Source: Chara braunii
Lineage: Eukaryota; Plantae; Charophyceae
Direction of reading: 5' to 3'
Assembly (NCBI GenBank): GCA_003427395.1
Contig: BFEA01000030.1
Location: forward strand, 1,471,499-1,535,498
Length of the DNA: 64,000 nucleotides
Positions 1 to 10,857 of the stretch are shown piece by piece (position 1 is the first letter of the stretch; every line of letters starts with the position of its first letter). A program made the position numbers and the translations under genes. The notes under the pieces were generated by a model. The model ran no database searches, was not told the origin of the DNA, and saw nothing but the letters and a program-made list of their open reading frames with translations.

Positions 1-54
<54 letters not shown>
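1..54. repeat. (GA)n microsatellite
   Basis: Perfect GA dinucleotide run at the start of the window. Confidence 0.95.
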
Positions 55-56
<2 letters not shown>

Positions 57-531
57 GGGACGAGTCCGAAGAGAGTCGGAATTGGAGGGGGAGGGCAATC
101 GGGGTACACATTGGGAATAAGTCAGGAGGGGGAAAGAGTCGGCATTGGCATAAACTCACGATTGGAGACAGAAGGTTCAGAGAGGGTCGGGATCGGGAAA
201 GGAGGGAAAGAGAGGAGGAGCATCGCAGGGGTGGAAGCATCCTCGGGATCGCAAGGAATCAGGATGAAATTCGATCGTTTTTTTTTTTTTTTTTTTCCCT
301 GCTGTCTGAATAAAATACTAACGACTATCAACTTTCAAACTGGCTCAATTCTGTTTGCCTTTTTTACATGTCTCCGTCGGACCAAGTTTCATTTCATGGA
401 GCGCTGTATGTGGCATGCAAAAGCGGCAAGATGCCCTTCGAAATATCATTATCCAATCAATCAATGAATCCATTTAAAAAAAAAAAAAAAAACCCGAATA
501 AAATCTCTTTCGAGCCTAGAGCAAATAAGTG

Positions 532-533
<2 letters not shown>

Positions 534-579
<46 letters not shown>

Positions 580-692
580 TGTGCGTGCGACACTCACACA
601 CGCACACGCACATGCACACATACATATCGCAAGTTTGGGGGGAGCCGCAATCAGAGGAGGAGAGAGATCAAAATCGGGGAGAGGGGGAGGTT

Positions 693-769
<77 letters not shown>

Positions 770-790
770 CATACACACACACACACACAC
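534..790. repeat. Compound (GT)n/(GA)n/(CA)n microsatellite cluster
   Basis: Directly visible runs; these explain the CVCV/ERER/HTHT ORFs. Confidence 0.9.
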
Positions 791-885
791 TTACTTCCGC
801 CGAATCGTTCAGAGACAATGCATGAATCAGAATGAGAAATTGTTTTTTATCGGAGCACATATCTTTGATGGCATTCTAAAAGCTA

Positions 886-2472
886 TGGTACTCCTGGACA
901 TCGAAAGCCGCCTGCAAAAAGAAGGAAAAGAACTTGAAGACTTTGGTCTTAACGCACCCGCTCCCATGGATCGGAACGAGGCAACTCACATTTCACAAAG
1001 CTCACGTCGGGAAGGAATTCCTAGGTTAATAGACGATGAGATATGATACGACAAACAAGAACTACAACGTACGCTTGATACAAATCTGCCACGACTCACA
1101 CCGTCGCAGCATGCGATATTCCAACGTGTCGTTAATGCTACAAAAAATGTCGAGCCCCTCTGTCTGTTTGTTGATGCACCTGTAGGAACCGGCAAAACAT
1201 TCTGCATCAACACCATACTGGCACACATACGCCTCCATAACCAAATTGCACTTGCTGTTACGTCCAGCGGCATCGCGGCCACACTTTTGGACGGCGGCTG
1301 TACTTTTCACTCTCGCTTCAAAGCACCGCTCACACCTACGGAAACATCGACTCTTGACATTCCCAAACAGAGCACCTTGGCACAACTCATAAAAATGGCC
1401 GTTACCATCGTCTAGGACGAAGCCCCGATGATGCACAAACACCACATAGAGGCGCTTGGCAGGACTTTGCAAGATATCTGTTCATCCGACCAACCATTTG
1501 GAGGTAAAATTACAGTTCTCGAAGGTGACTTTCGACAGATTCTCCCTGTCATTACAAAAGGAACCCGTGCACAAACGATCGACGCATGTATGAAGTCCTC
1601 TAAACTGTGGTCTTGCTTTGATACAATGCACCTTTATGAAAACATGCGTGTGCTCACTCAAACCAACACCGGCGAAGCACATGACTACGCCACGTGGTTG
1701 CTGTGTCTCGGCAATGACAAACTTCTTTCCCCACATAACACAACACCTGACACCGTCGAACTCCCCCCTCAGCTGTGCCTTCATGGGGGAACAGCAGAAC
1801 TCATTGGATGGACCTTTCCTGCCCTTTCGACAAATTCGAACAACCCTAAGTGGCTCGCTGAGCGCCTGATCCTGGCACCCAAAAACAAAACGGTCGCCAC
1901 ACTCAACGATATCATATTAAACCAATTTCCAGGGCCGCTGATCACATCTCTAAGCGTTGATACTCTCCTTCCCAGTGATAACTATCCCGATATCTTTGCA
2001 GACACTCTCAACACCCTATACCTCCCCTCACTGTCGTCACACGTTCTCCGCATAAAAAAAAAAGGCACCCAATATTGTTTTGCGAAATATCGCTATGCGC
2101 AATGGTCTGTGCAACGGAACACACTTGATCGTTGACGAGATTACCAACAATAAGCTCCCCCATGTATGCACCCTTCCTTCACTACGACCGGGTTTCCTTC
2201 CTTGCATTTCATTAACTGTCACTGACCAAAGCATCCCTTTCCCCTGGCAAAGAAGACAATTCCCTGTCCAACCGACATTTGCAATAACTGTCAACAAATC
2301 GCAAGGTCAATCCATCAAACACGTGGGAGTTTATCTTCAACAGCATGCCTTTGCCCACGGCCAATTATACGTCGCTGCCTCTCGTGTTGGGGACCCATCC
2401 CATATTCGATTCGCACTTCCCAATGATACTAACCGAACAACAAACATCGTCTACAATGAAATCCTCGCATGA
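886..2472 (+). pseudogene. Helitron Rep-Hel, C-terminal PIF1-like SF1B helicase (stops and a frameshift)
   Basis: LFVDAPVGTGKTF (Walker A), SSGIAATLLDGGCTFHSRF, *DEAPM, PFGGK...GDFRQILPV, LAPKN, RNGLCNGT, RRQFPV..FAITVNKSQGQS, FAHGQLYVAASRV, TNIVYNEIL*. In-frame stops near 1045 and 1414; frameshift in the A-run near 2060. Confidence 0.92.
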
Positions 2473-2515
2473 TACTCACATGTTTCTTTCCCTCTTTCCA
2501 TTGTTTTGTGTGCAG

Positions 2516-3495
2516 GTGCATCAACGACATTGCCACCAGCAAAAAAAACAAAAATTGTGCCTAACAAAAATGACGCACCTTCCTCCACATCTCCCCTTGC
2601 CACAACATCGCCGCCTCCGACACCCACAACTTCCCTCACCGCTTCGCTTCAATCTGCATCTCACACATCATCCCTACTAACTAATCCATCTTTTCTTCAT
2701 CAACAAGGCTTGGATTACGTAACTCTCAACCAACTTGATATTCCGCTGCCTACTCCAACAAACGCACTTGCAACTGTCGTAACACCTTCCACTACTCACA
2801 CAACCCTTCAGCCACATTGCCAACCGCAGTCTACTCAAGAAGACGACCCCCACGAGTACACCGAATGGGACGTGTGGCACCATGTACTCCATCCTGACAC
2901 TATAGAACACATAATTGACCAAATTCTTTAGGAGGATTTCCTGCCAACAGATCACGCTGCTTTTTTACACGTTCTTCGCTTCATACAAGCACAAGCGTGA
3001 ACAAGAACTCAATCGTCTGCCGCCTCATCCTCTCCAAATACAACATTCACCCGCTTCAAAATATTTCTCTTGCAACTACTGCAGCGTCACCATTACCGAT
3101 CTACGGGATCTCACACAGGCCTCGCAAAGTACCAACACGATCGCATACTGAATGCCCACCACAAATATGCCTTCATCACTTCTGCACAACCTACACCGCC
3201 TCCCCTCCTCCTACCCACACACGAAACAGACCCTCACTGGTGGAGACCGCTCGAACGATGGGGATGCACACATGTGTCGGCAATGATCCACGACATACTC
3301 ACTTCCCGCCACACCGTCTCCATATACAACATTCCCCACTACCCCCGAACTTGGGAATACCTCAACAATCTCATCGCCGTCCACCACCGCGAGAAACAAC
3401 CTCAACAACCACCCTTTCATATCTACAGGGCAAACATCGTCCGAAGAGCAGTTTCCTTCCTACAACGACCAACATCCTCTGGCCATCCAGCATGA
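2516..3495 (+). pseudogene. Cryptic ~325-codon accessory exon/ORF inside the Helitron, function unknown
   Basis: Pyrimidine tract plus TGCAG acceptor at 2511-2515. ORFs 2506-2931 and 3070-3495 share one frame and are separated only by TAG (2929) and TGA (2998). NLS-like PPAKKTK. Confidence 0.45.
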
Positions 3496-4063
3496 AGACT
3501 GCCACAAGCTTCACCGGAGACACGCCTATTGTGACACGTGCGACATCCTCCAATTATCCAGCATGACGACTGCAGCGAGACTCGCCCATGACACAAGTGT
3601 TGCAACGACAAACAATCAGCGATGAAGAAGATGTACAGAAGCTGAAGAATACAGACATGGAGGCAAAAGACCCGCATAAAAACTATGACTGTCACTGAAG
3701 GAGAGAAAGAGAGAGAAAGGAAGAGAGAGAAAGACAGAGAGAGAAAGAAGGAGAAACAAAAAGAGGGAGACAGAGAGAGAGAAAGAGAGAGATATAGAAA
3801 GAGCGACAGAGAGAGAAAAAGAGTTGCGCTCAAAGACACAACGCAAAAAAGGCAGTTGCAAATTGTCCTCTGCATTCGTTTTCTCTTTGCGATTGACATT
3901 CCTCTGTACAGATTCGCCATCGTTTTCATTCCCTGTTGTTTTTCGAATCATTGTTACATTCTTCACTGGTGCGATGCATACTTCTTTCTTTCTCGCTGTG
4001 AGTTCTCAACTTCCACTTCTCCTTCATCCTACCCTTTCACTTCTTCCTCACTCCTTCGACTCN

Positions 4064-4094
4064 GCCGCAGGCGCAGCCGCGGCGGGTCCCCTTG
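4064..4094 (+). other. Helitron 3' subterminal hairpin and terminus
   Basis: GCCGC-A-GGC-GCA-GCC-GCGGC stem-loop, then GGGTCCC, then CTTG followed by T (a variant of CTRR). Confidence 0.7.
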
Positions 4095-4815
4095 TTTTTA
4101 TATAGATGGTAGGTATCACACGATACCTTTCAGATTTTAGCTGAGATTTCCGAGTTTAAAGATGGGAATAATTCAATAATCAGATATATTACTTATGGAT
4201 AGTAATTTTGGTTAATATTTTGGTTAATATTTTGGTTGTTAACCGTTGTTAATTAGATATGATTACATATGATAGTCAAGATAATATTCAGAGCTGATAA
4301 AAGTGATGATGAAGATGATTATAGTAATGATGAAGATACTAAAAATTGAAACCATCAATATTAAGAAATACAAGATTTTCGCCTCCTCCCCCTCATCTCT
4401 CTTTCTCCCTCTCCTAATGAAGCCCTCCCTCCTCCTCCCTCCCTTCTTACTCTCTATTCCCTTCTTTTCTCACCATTTCTTTCATCCCTACCATCCCCCA
4501 TCTCCTTCCCCCACATCTCTCTCCCGCAATACACGTCCTTTTCCGCCGCTCTAACCCTCGCCAAGTCATCCATTATGATAACACACCTATTTTAGGTGCA
4601 AGCGAATCCAACGAACGAGACAGCTATCGATTAGTACGGGAAAAATGAGAGTGCACAAAAGATGATAAGTGAGGGAAGAAGGAAAAGGGCGCGAGAGTCA
4701 GAAAGAGATAGATCAGAAAGAGGATGTGATGTGACAAATGAGATAATGATTGTATGTCGTGATGACGTTATTGATGATTCTACCATTTGTAACCCATTGC
4801 TAATGATATCGACGA

Positions 4816-6189
4816 TTGTGGTGGCCTGATATGCTTGACAATGCGAAAAAATATATCCAAACTTTTCAAGTCTGTCAACGGGATAAGCCACGAGCTCAAA
4901 CCCCTCTTGGTCTACTCAAGCCCTTGCCCATTCCTGCAAGTCCGGGACAGAGTGTCTCCATAGATTTCATGGACACCTGTGTGACTAACAAAAATGACAA
5001 GAGGCTCGTCTTCATCATAGTGGACATGTTTACTAAGTACGCTAGATTGATCCCCATGCCAGAGAAGACTGAGCACGCCATCAAGTTGTTCATGGATAAC
5101 TGGGTGTGTGACTTTGGACTGCCTAAGACTATTGTTAGTGACAAGGATGTCCAGTGCACCAGTGAAATATGGAAGAAGGTTGTTGAACAACTGGGCAGCC
5201 AACTCCAATGACTTCGAAAAATCATCCCAAAGCCAACGGCCAAGCGGAACAGATGAACCGGGTGGTGTACCATCTGCTGAGGCACTGCATTAAGTCCAAC
5301 CAACATGACAAGGATGAAAAATTGCCTCTCATCGCCAACCTGTACAACGATGTTGTACATAGCACTACCGACGTCAGTCCCAATCAGCTGCATTTGGGGT
5401 GGAAGCCTAGATCTGCACTAGACTGCCTCCTTCCTGAAAACTGACCTACTCCAACTCCTGAAACCATTGAATTTGGTGTCCAGTATGAGAATTTGTTGCA
5501 GCAGGTTGTCGAGCATATCGTAAAATCTCAGGAGACAATGATTGCTTCTGAGAACAGACATCGTCGACAGTCCACATTTCAGGTAGGGGAACGAGTCTGG
5601 GTAAAGGCTAGTGAACTAGGGCAGAAATTCAGCGTCTCTAAAAAGCTATTGTAGGTAGCTCGTAGGATGGAAATAGGGTACAGCAGTTGCGGAGATGGTC
5701 TGTTGCAGTAAGTCTTGCCGGAGTGAGGTACAAAGGATTGATGGGGGGTTTCTGAGTCGTTTCTGAACTTTGCCTATCTCTGAAGTTTGCCGTACTAATT
5801 TTCTAAGTAGCTCGATTTTTTCTTAGCCAAAGCCGGGTAATGGCCCCGGTATCTCAAACTTTCGAACGTCTATGTAAATTTTCATATGGGACGCTGGGCC
5901 CGGTTCCCAGCACGTGCCGCTCCCCACGAACAGATTGGAGCTTTGTTCCCATTATTTATATAAAAAAAAAGAAAAAAATTGGATGGTCTCTCGTACATGA
6001 CAAGAATCCTTGGTCATCTGCGCACCTACCCTGTATTTCACGCTTCAAAGCTTGCACCTTTCGCTGAGACTGATCAGTTTCCATCAACGAGATCAATGCT
6101 GCCCCCAACTATGGATGGCCATGTGGACGTCGGCGACATCCTAGAACATAAAGACTTGCCTGTTCCCAGGCATGTTGGCAGGGGAAGAC
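4816..6189 (+). pseudogene. Gypsy integrase fragment up to the chromodomain
   Basis: Integrase core motifs with frameshifts. About 330 bp of unrelated sequence ending in an A-run (5650-5980) replaces the GPW region. Confidence 0.88.
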
Positions 6190-6381
6190 TGTGACGCCCA
6201 ACCTCACGCCCGACACGACTTCCTGATCGGAGTGGGATGGGGGCCCGGAAGTGTGAAAAAAAAGGGGGGTGTGCCAAGGATTTTGGGAAAGTGGGGGTGG
6301 AGTCCCAGGTCGGAACTGAGATCTTCGGTGGCAAGTTTAGGGATAATGGTGCAAGATGGTACGTGAAGATCGTGGCTGGAA

Positions 6382-6999
6382 TTATCGTCTTTGTCTGTCG
6401 CGTTGCTGTGGTCGATTTCTCATCTGGTGAACCCGTGGGTCGTGATGACTGTCGTGCAGTTCGATCAGTTGTCGGCGCCGCTTGACTTCGGTTCGGGTTT
6501 GCCGGGTAATTTTCGAGTCTCGATACACCTGATACCGCTGGCACTTTTCGCACGGTGTGCGGGGCCAATAGCAGGCTATGGAATTCCATGGTCCTACTGT
6601 GCGTTGGTGATATGGGAGGAGGAGGCGGAAGGGCGGGAAACTGGTGGTAATAACGACGAAGCCTGGGGATATGTAGTATTGCGTGTTGTAAGTATCCGGG
6701 TAGTCGGGGCCCCTAGGATCGTTAGTTACGACACAGTGAAAGTCCCTTGCACACAATCGGTCGTTCTTCGTCAGACAAGGGAACTTCAAGTTTACAGCCA
6801 TGTCCGATTGGGGAACTTGGTTTCCCGCATCTTTATAATGAGTCCGGATCGGGGTCGGCTCTTGCAAACGCACTCGTACGCTGCGACTCGGTTTTCTCGA
6901 GATCGTGGTCGTGTGAGGTCGTGCTCTTAAGCGAAAGTGGATCCGTCTTGGGTTCGGTGTACGGATTGTGTTTATCCTGCATGCAACTATCCTACCCAT
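6382..6999 (-). CDS. LTR-internal ORF with a conserved Cys/His-rich ~80-aa domain (6541-6783), function unknown
   Basis: 53/81 aa identical to the LTR copy at 29951-30190; 31 of the identical residues use different codons; one in-frame 3-bp indel. The true start codon is uncertain. Confidence 0.75.
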   Translation of the reverse strand: MGRIVACRINTIRTPNPRRIHFRLRARPHTTTISRKPSRSVRVRLQEPTPIRTHYKDAGNQVPQSDMAVNLKFPCLTKNDRLCARDFHCVVTNDPRGPDYPDTYNTQYYISPGFVVITTSFPPFRLLLPYHQRTVGPWNSIACYWPRTPCEKCQRYQVYRDSKITRQTRTEVKRRRQLIELHDSHHDPRVHQMRNRPQQRDRQRR

Positions 7000-7438
7000 G
7001 CTATGTTGGGTGAGATCCCGACATTACATTCACATCCATGCCATTCGTGTGACGAAAGGAGAGAAAAGGGAAATGACAATCAACACCTCACAACATTCTT
7101 GGTGATCTGATGACGATCGAGGACTAACGATTAAACCCAGACATCCGTAGCGAGTGCTTCCAATCAGATTTGAGACTATTGCTCATGCAGATGGATAATA
7201 GAAGGTGGCGAAATTTGAATTAAACAGGCATCGCAAAACATGATTGGAAATCCGAAAAGATCACTAACGAAAAAAAGTTCACATCCATCCCATGCATACA
7301 CACGAGGCAAAAGCGACAAAGAAAATCCAAGACGATTTACAAGGAAAAGTCCAAAAAGGCCGCAACAAAATCGGCCATATTAGAAACCTAAATTATACAG
7401 ATAAGCAAAAGAAGGGACCACATCCCATACACACAGCT

Positions 7439-7505
<67 letters not shown>

Positions 7506-8366
7506 TCTACGCCCCCGATAAGGGCAGTCCGTCGCCGTGTATCAACACAGAGTTGTCACCCCACTTGGTTCGAGCATGCAAGCCAGGTTCGCCTGTGCAC
7601 CACAGTCCTTCGCGGCCCGCACGTCAACCCCGCATACCTGATACCAGCTCGTCGGATCGCCCAACTCCCTCGTCGACTCACCTTGCAGGCTGACTCGTTA
7701 GCCGACCCTCACTGATCACGCTAACTCCAGACTCGTTAGCCGACCCTCACTGATCAGTGATCGCACTAACTCCAAGGTTCATAGAGAGCAATCTAGTCAC
7801 GCTTGCGAAATTTATAGCATGCATGCTTGCGCGAAGAATACGGGATTAAGCCCATGGAAGAAGAGGAGAAGAGAGGAAGTGCCTGCGTTTGCATGACCAG
7901 GCCGCGGCGTGGGGATCGTAGCCACACTCCATGCATCGATCCGTTCATGCAGGCGTTCAGGTCAATTAGAACAGAGTATGCAAGGCGAAGAAGAAGGAGA
8001 AGACGGTAAAACACGAGGAAATCAAGAAGGAAGGAGGATACAGTTACACTCGCCCTCGCCAAAAGCGACAGTTACACAAGATTGAGGGCGCGCCCCAGTC
8101 AGAACCCAGTTCTCCGTGCAACAAGATGTGCGCGAATGAGAAGAGTGGAGCAACGAAAATTCAAAGTGCCTAAATTCCTAGTCTAAATCCTAATTGCAAA
8201 AGGAAATTCCGAAAAGCCTAAAAACAATTCCACGAGCCCGTGAGGCTCGACATCAGTTTAAAATTAAAAAAAAAAACAAAACGATATTCCCGCGCGAGGA
8301 TCACGCCAAAAATTCCTAGTGCTCACAGCAGAACAAGAAAGAAGCCATGACAACCGTCGTCTATTG

Positions 8367-8662
8367 AACTGACATTTCGTTAAAACTGACATTTTTTTTT
8401 TAATTCACGAAATTGAGCGTACCAAAAAACAACATTTTTTAGTGTTTTTTTGTCCCCATGATGTCGGATGATCCGATCATCGGGTGTCGTGGCGACTCCC
8501 GATGATCTGACCATCGGATGTATGTTAACGGTACTTTACGTTGAGGTACATCAGATGGACAAAGTGAGATAACCACTTTCTCACCCGATGGGCAACAAAA
8601 TTTTAACTAAGTCCACTTTCGTGAATTTAGAAAAAAATGTCAGTTTTAACGAAATGTCAGTT
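8367..8662. mobile_element. MITE with AACTGACATTTCGTTAAAACTGACAT TIRs, nested in the solo LTR
   Basis: More than 30 bp of perfect TIR; TSD ATTG/ATCG; absent from the second LTR copy. Confidence 0.9.
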
Positions 8663-8882
8663 ATCGCGCTCGCTAAGGCGCGGTTACCCAATTGTCGGCG
8701 CGGGACCTTCCCGACATCGACCCGACAAATTCTCACAGAAAACAAAAAGAACGAGGGTATCCATGCAACTTGGCCCGACCAACCCATCTTCTCTGCAGCT
8801 CCCCCATCCGACCCGTCTCACTTCCCCAAGGCAGCTTCGAGCAGAAAGTCGCGCGATTACAAAAAATGGTTCGTCACAGGAC

Positions 8883-9063
8883 CGCCAAAACCTATGAGGG
8901 AGTAACCGGTCAGATTCAGGCATCATACAGATCCAAAAGAAGATCGTTGGTTCACAAGAGAGGAGGTTGTCAAAACAGCGCCTCAGGTCGTGGCAGAGTA
9001 CGAAGGAAAGTTGAAGGGGGAAGCACCTGCATAGAAACATCTCAGCGGACTTTCGAAGCTAAG
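8883..9063 (+). pseudogene. Remainder of the integrase chromodomain
   Basis: PPKPMRE*PVRFRHHTDPKEDRWFTREEVVKTAPQVVA matches 55650-55770. Confidence 0.88.
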
Positions 9064-9074
9064 AGGATGGAATA

Positions 9075-10572
9075 TGAGGATTGAGGTCTCAAAAGGCCCC
9101 TTTGGTGCACACAAACGTTCTGGGCTGTGGCCCCCGCAAGCCTCGTGCCTGCCCTAAGTGAAGGTGGGCCTGCATATTCACATGAGGCCTATTTTCGCCA
9201 TTTTTCGTATGTGGTGTAGTAGACAGTTGCAGCATGCCAGTTGGTTACACAGCAACGTAAATCTTCCCTGGCTCGCTCCAGAGGCAGCAGCTGCGTCGTA
9301 TGGTTGAGCCCAGGGCTCAATCAGTTGAGGCCGCCGGCGCACGAGTTCAGTGGCCGACAAGTCACGTAGCGGCCACGGACCAATGAGGAAGCTGCTCCAG
9401 TGTCACACACATGCCACGAGCCAATGAGATCGCTCCGAACACCTGGCGCCTTGTGGGCTACCTGGACGTGCCTAAGTGCATGCGGCCCAGGCCAGTATCT
9501 GAAACTCGGCCTGGGTGCAGATACTTTGGGCCAACCTGAAGCTACTGGGCCCCTACACGGCAGGCCCAGACCAGCCAGCGGCCTGGTGCACTTTCCATAA
9601 AGGAAAGTGAGCGCACAGGGGCACGGCATTCTGGACTAGGCAGGCATAGCGGCCACATTGCTGCATTGCCGAGCGCTGCTGCGATAGCGATAGCCGGCCA
9701 GACGGGTGCACAGACGCAGAGGTGGAAGAGGGGCGCTGCTGAGGCAGCGGGCGCACGGTGGCCATAGCTGGGCTGCTGGGCGCAGGCGCGGTGATGGTGA
9801 TGGTGGTATTCGGGTAGGAGGCACATGCAGTGGGGGAGACAGGGTGTGATGAGGGGAGGAGAGAGTAACATACCTGGTGTATGCTGGTTGTCTGTGTTGG
9901 TGATGACGTCACGTACATTGGTCTTCAACTTCGATGTGATCTGGATGCATGAACGAAGATAGGCTAGATAGGCTGAGTAGTGTAGGCTGGGTGCTGGGCG
10001 CCAATCAATAGGAGCGACATTGGACACTATGTTGGTATGATCAGCGAGCTTTGACATTGACATTTGAGTTCATTGTATTGCTCTTATTTGGATGGTATCG
10101 TGGTCCATTTGGTATCTGCTTGCTCCATGACTATCTGGACGCACCCTGCCGAACGATCTGCCCCATCCCCATCCGGAAAAAGAAAAAGGGGACCAAAAAC
10201 CAGCTCTGCACGCACCTTGCCCAAAGATCTGCCCTCTCCCCCATCCGATGGCCCGCCGGCATTTCACCGTCCTCCCCCCGCGGCCAATGCCTCTTGAGGG
10301 GTGGGACAGACCAAATTATAACATGTTTGTCTTTCCCGCATAGGTCTCTCTCCACCACTCTTGTTGTTGTTGTTTTTTTTTTTTTTTTTTTTTTTAAGGA
10401 CTGCTAACAATTGTTGTTGGTCATTTTAGTGCAATGTATTCTACTGTTCTCCTTGTACTTGGTGATGCAGTGCACCAATCGAGCCATAGTTATATGCAAT
10501 TCTGGTCTGTTTATCTTTGCTGCTGCTCCAAACACTGAGGATGTTGTTGTTGTTGTTGCACTCCGTCTTTCA
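9075..10572 (+). repeat. 3' LTR of the truncated chromovirus (right end approximate), with an internal insertion at ~10139-10395
   Basis: Follows purine tract AAGAGGATGGAA (9061-9072); shares blocks (CATACCTGGTG, TAGGCTAGATAGG, TCTTATTTGG, GACTATCTGG) with LTR 47558-48496. Confidence 0.65.
10307..10363 (+). repeat. Dispersed ~57-bp motif (second copy at 22642-22697), probably a retroposon 3' end before a (GTT)n/T tail
   Basis: CAGACCAAATTATAAC.TGTTTGTCTTTCCC..ATAGG..TCTCTCCACCACTCTTG occurs twice. Confidence 0.7.
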
Positions 10573-10738
10573 TTGATACCCGACCCCCGGCCGGCCACCG
10601 GGATTGTAAGNNNNNNNNNNNNNNNNNNNNNNNNNNNNNNNNNNNNNNNNNNNNNNNNNNNNNNNNNNNNNNNNNNNNNNNNNNNNNNNNNNNNNNNNNN
10701 NNNNNNNNNNNNNNNNNNNNNNNNNNNNNNNNNNNNNN

Positions 10739-10792
<54 letters not shown>

Positions 10793-10857
10793 GGTGAAGG
10801 TATTATGAAGTCGTAGATCAGCCAGTTGGATAAAGCTGGGAGTTTTCTGAGAAGCAG

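Larger units (their letters stand above)
880..4094 (+). mobile_element. 5'-truncated Helitron (helicase half, accessory ORF and 3' terminus)
   Basis: PIF1-type helicase motifs at 880-2472; GC hairpin followed by CTTG|T at 4064-4095. Confidence 0.85.
6190..8878 (-). mobile_element. Solo LTR (2.7 kb) of a second Gypsy family ('family B')
   Basis: Terminal inverted repeat TGTGACG...CGTCACA. 4-bp TSD AGAC/GGAC; removing the insert restores G-R-G-R-P-P-K-P of the host integrase. Homologous to the LTR at 29570-32445, which gives the orientation. Confidence 0.92.
4816..10572 (+). mobile_element. Truncated Ty3/Gypsy chromovirus (integrase, chromodomain, PPT, 3' LTR), interrupted by insertions
   Basis: WWP...QVCQRDKP, SIDFMD, SDKDVQ, GQAEQMN, HLRTYPVFHASKL; collinear with pol at 54560-55818. 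Confidence 0.9.

Noticed and set aside
368-860. ORFs with CVCV/ERER/HTHT/SLSL runs (also 3423-3966, 32196-33058, 46227-46673)
   Set aside because: Translations of microsatellites and low-complexity DNA.
6391-6930. 179-aa plus-strand ORF in the solo LTR
   Set aside because: It is the antisense shadow of the conserved minus-strand ORF; differences between copies fall on its first codon positions and it is less conserved.
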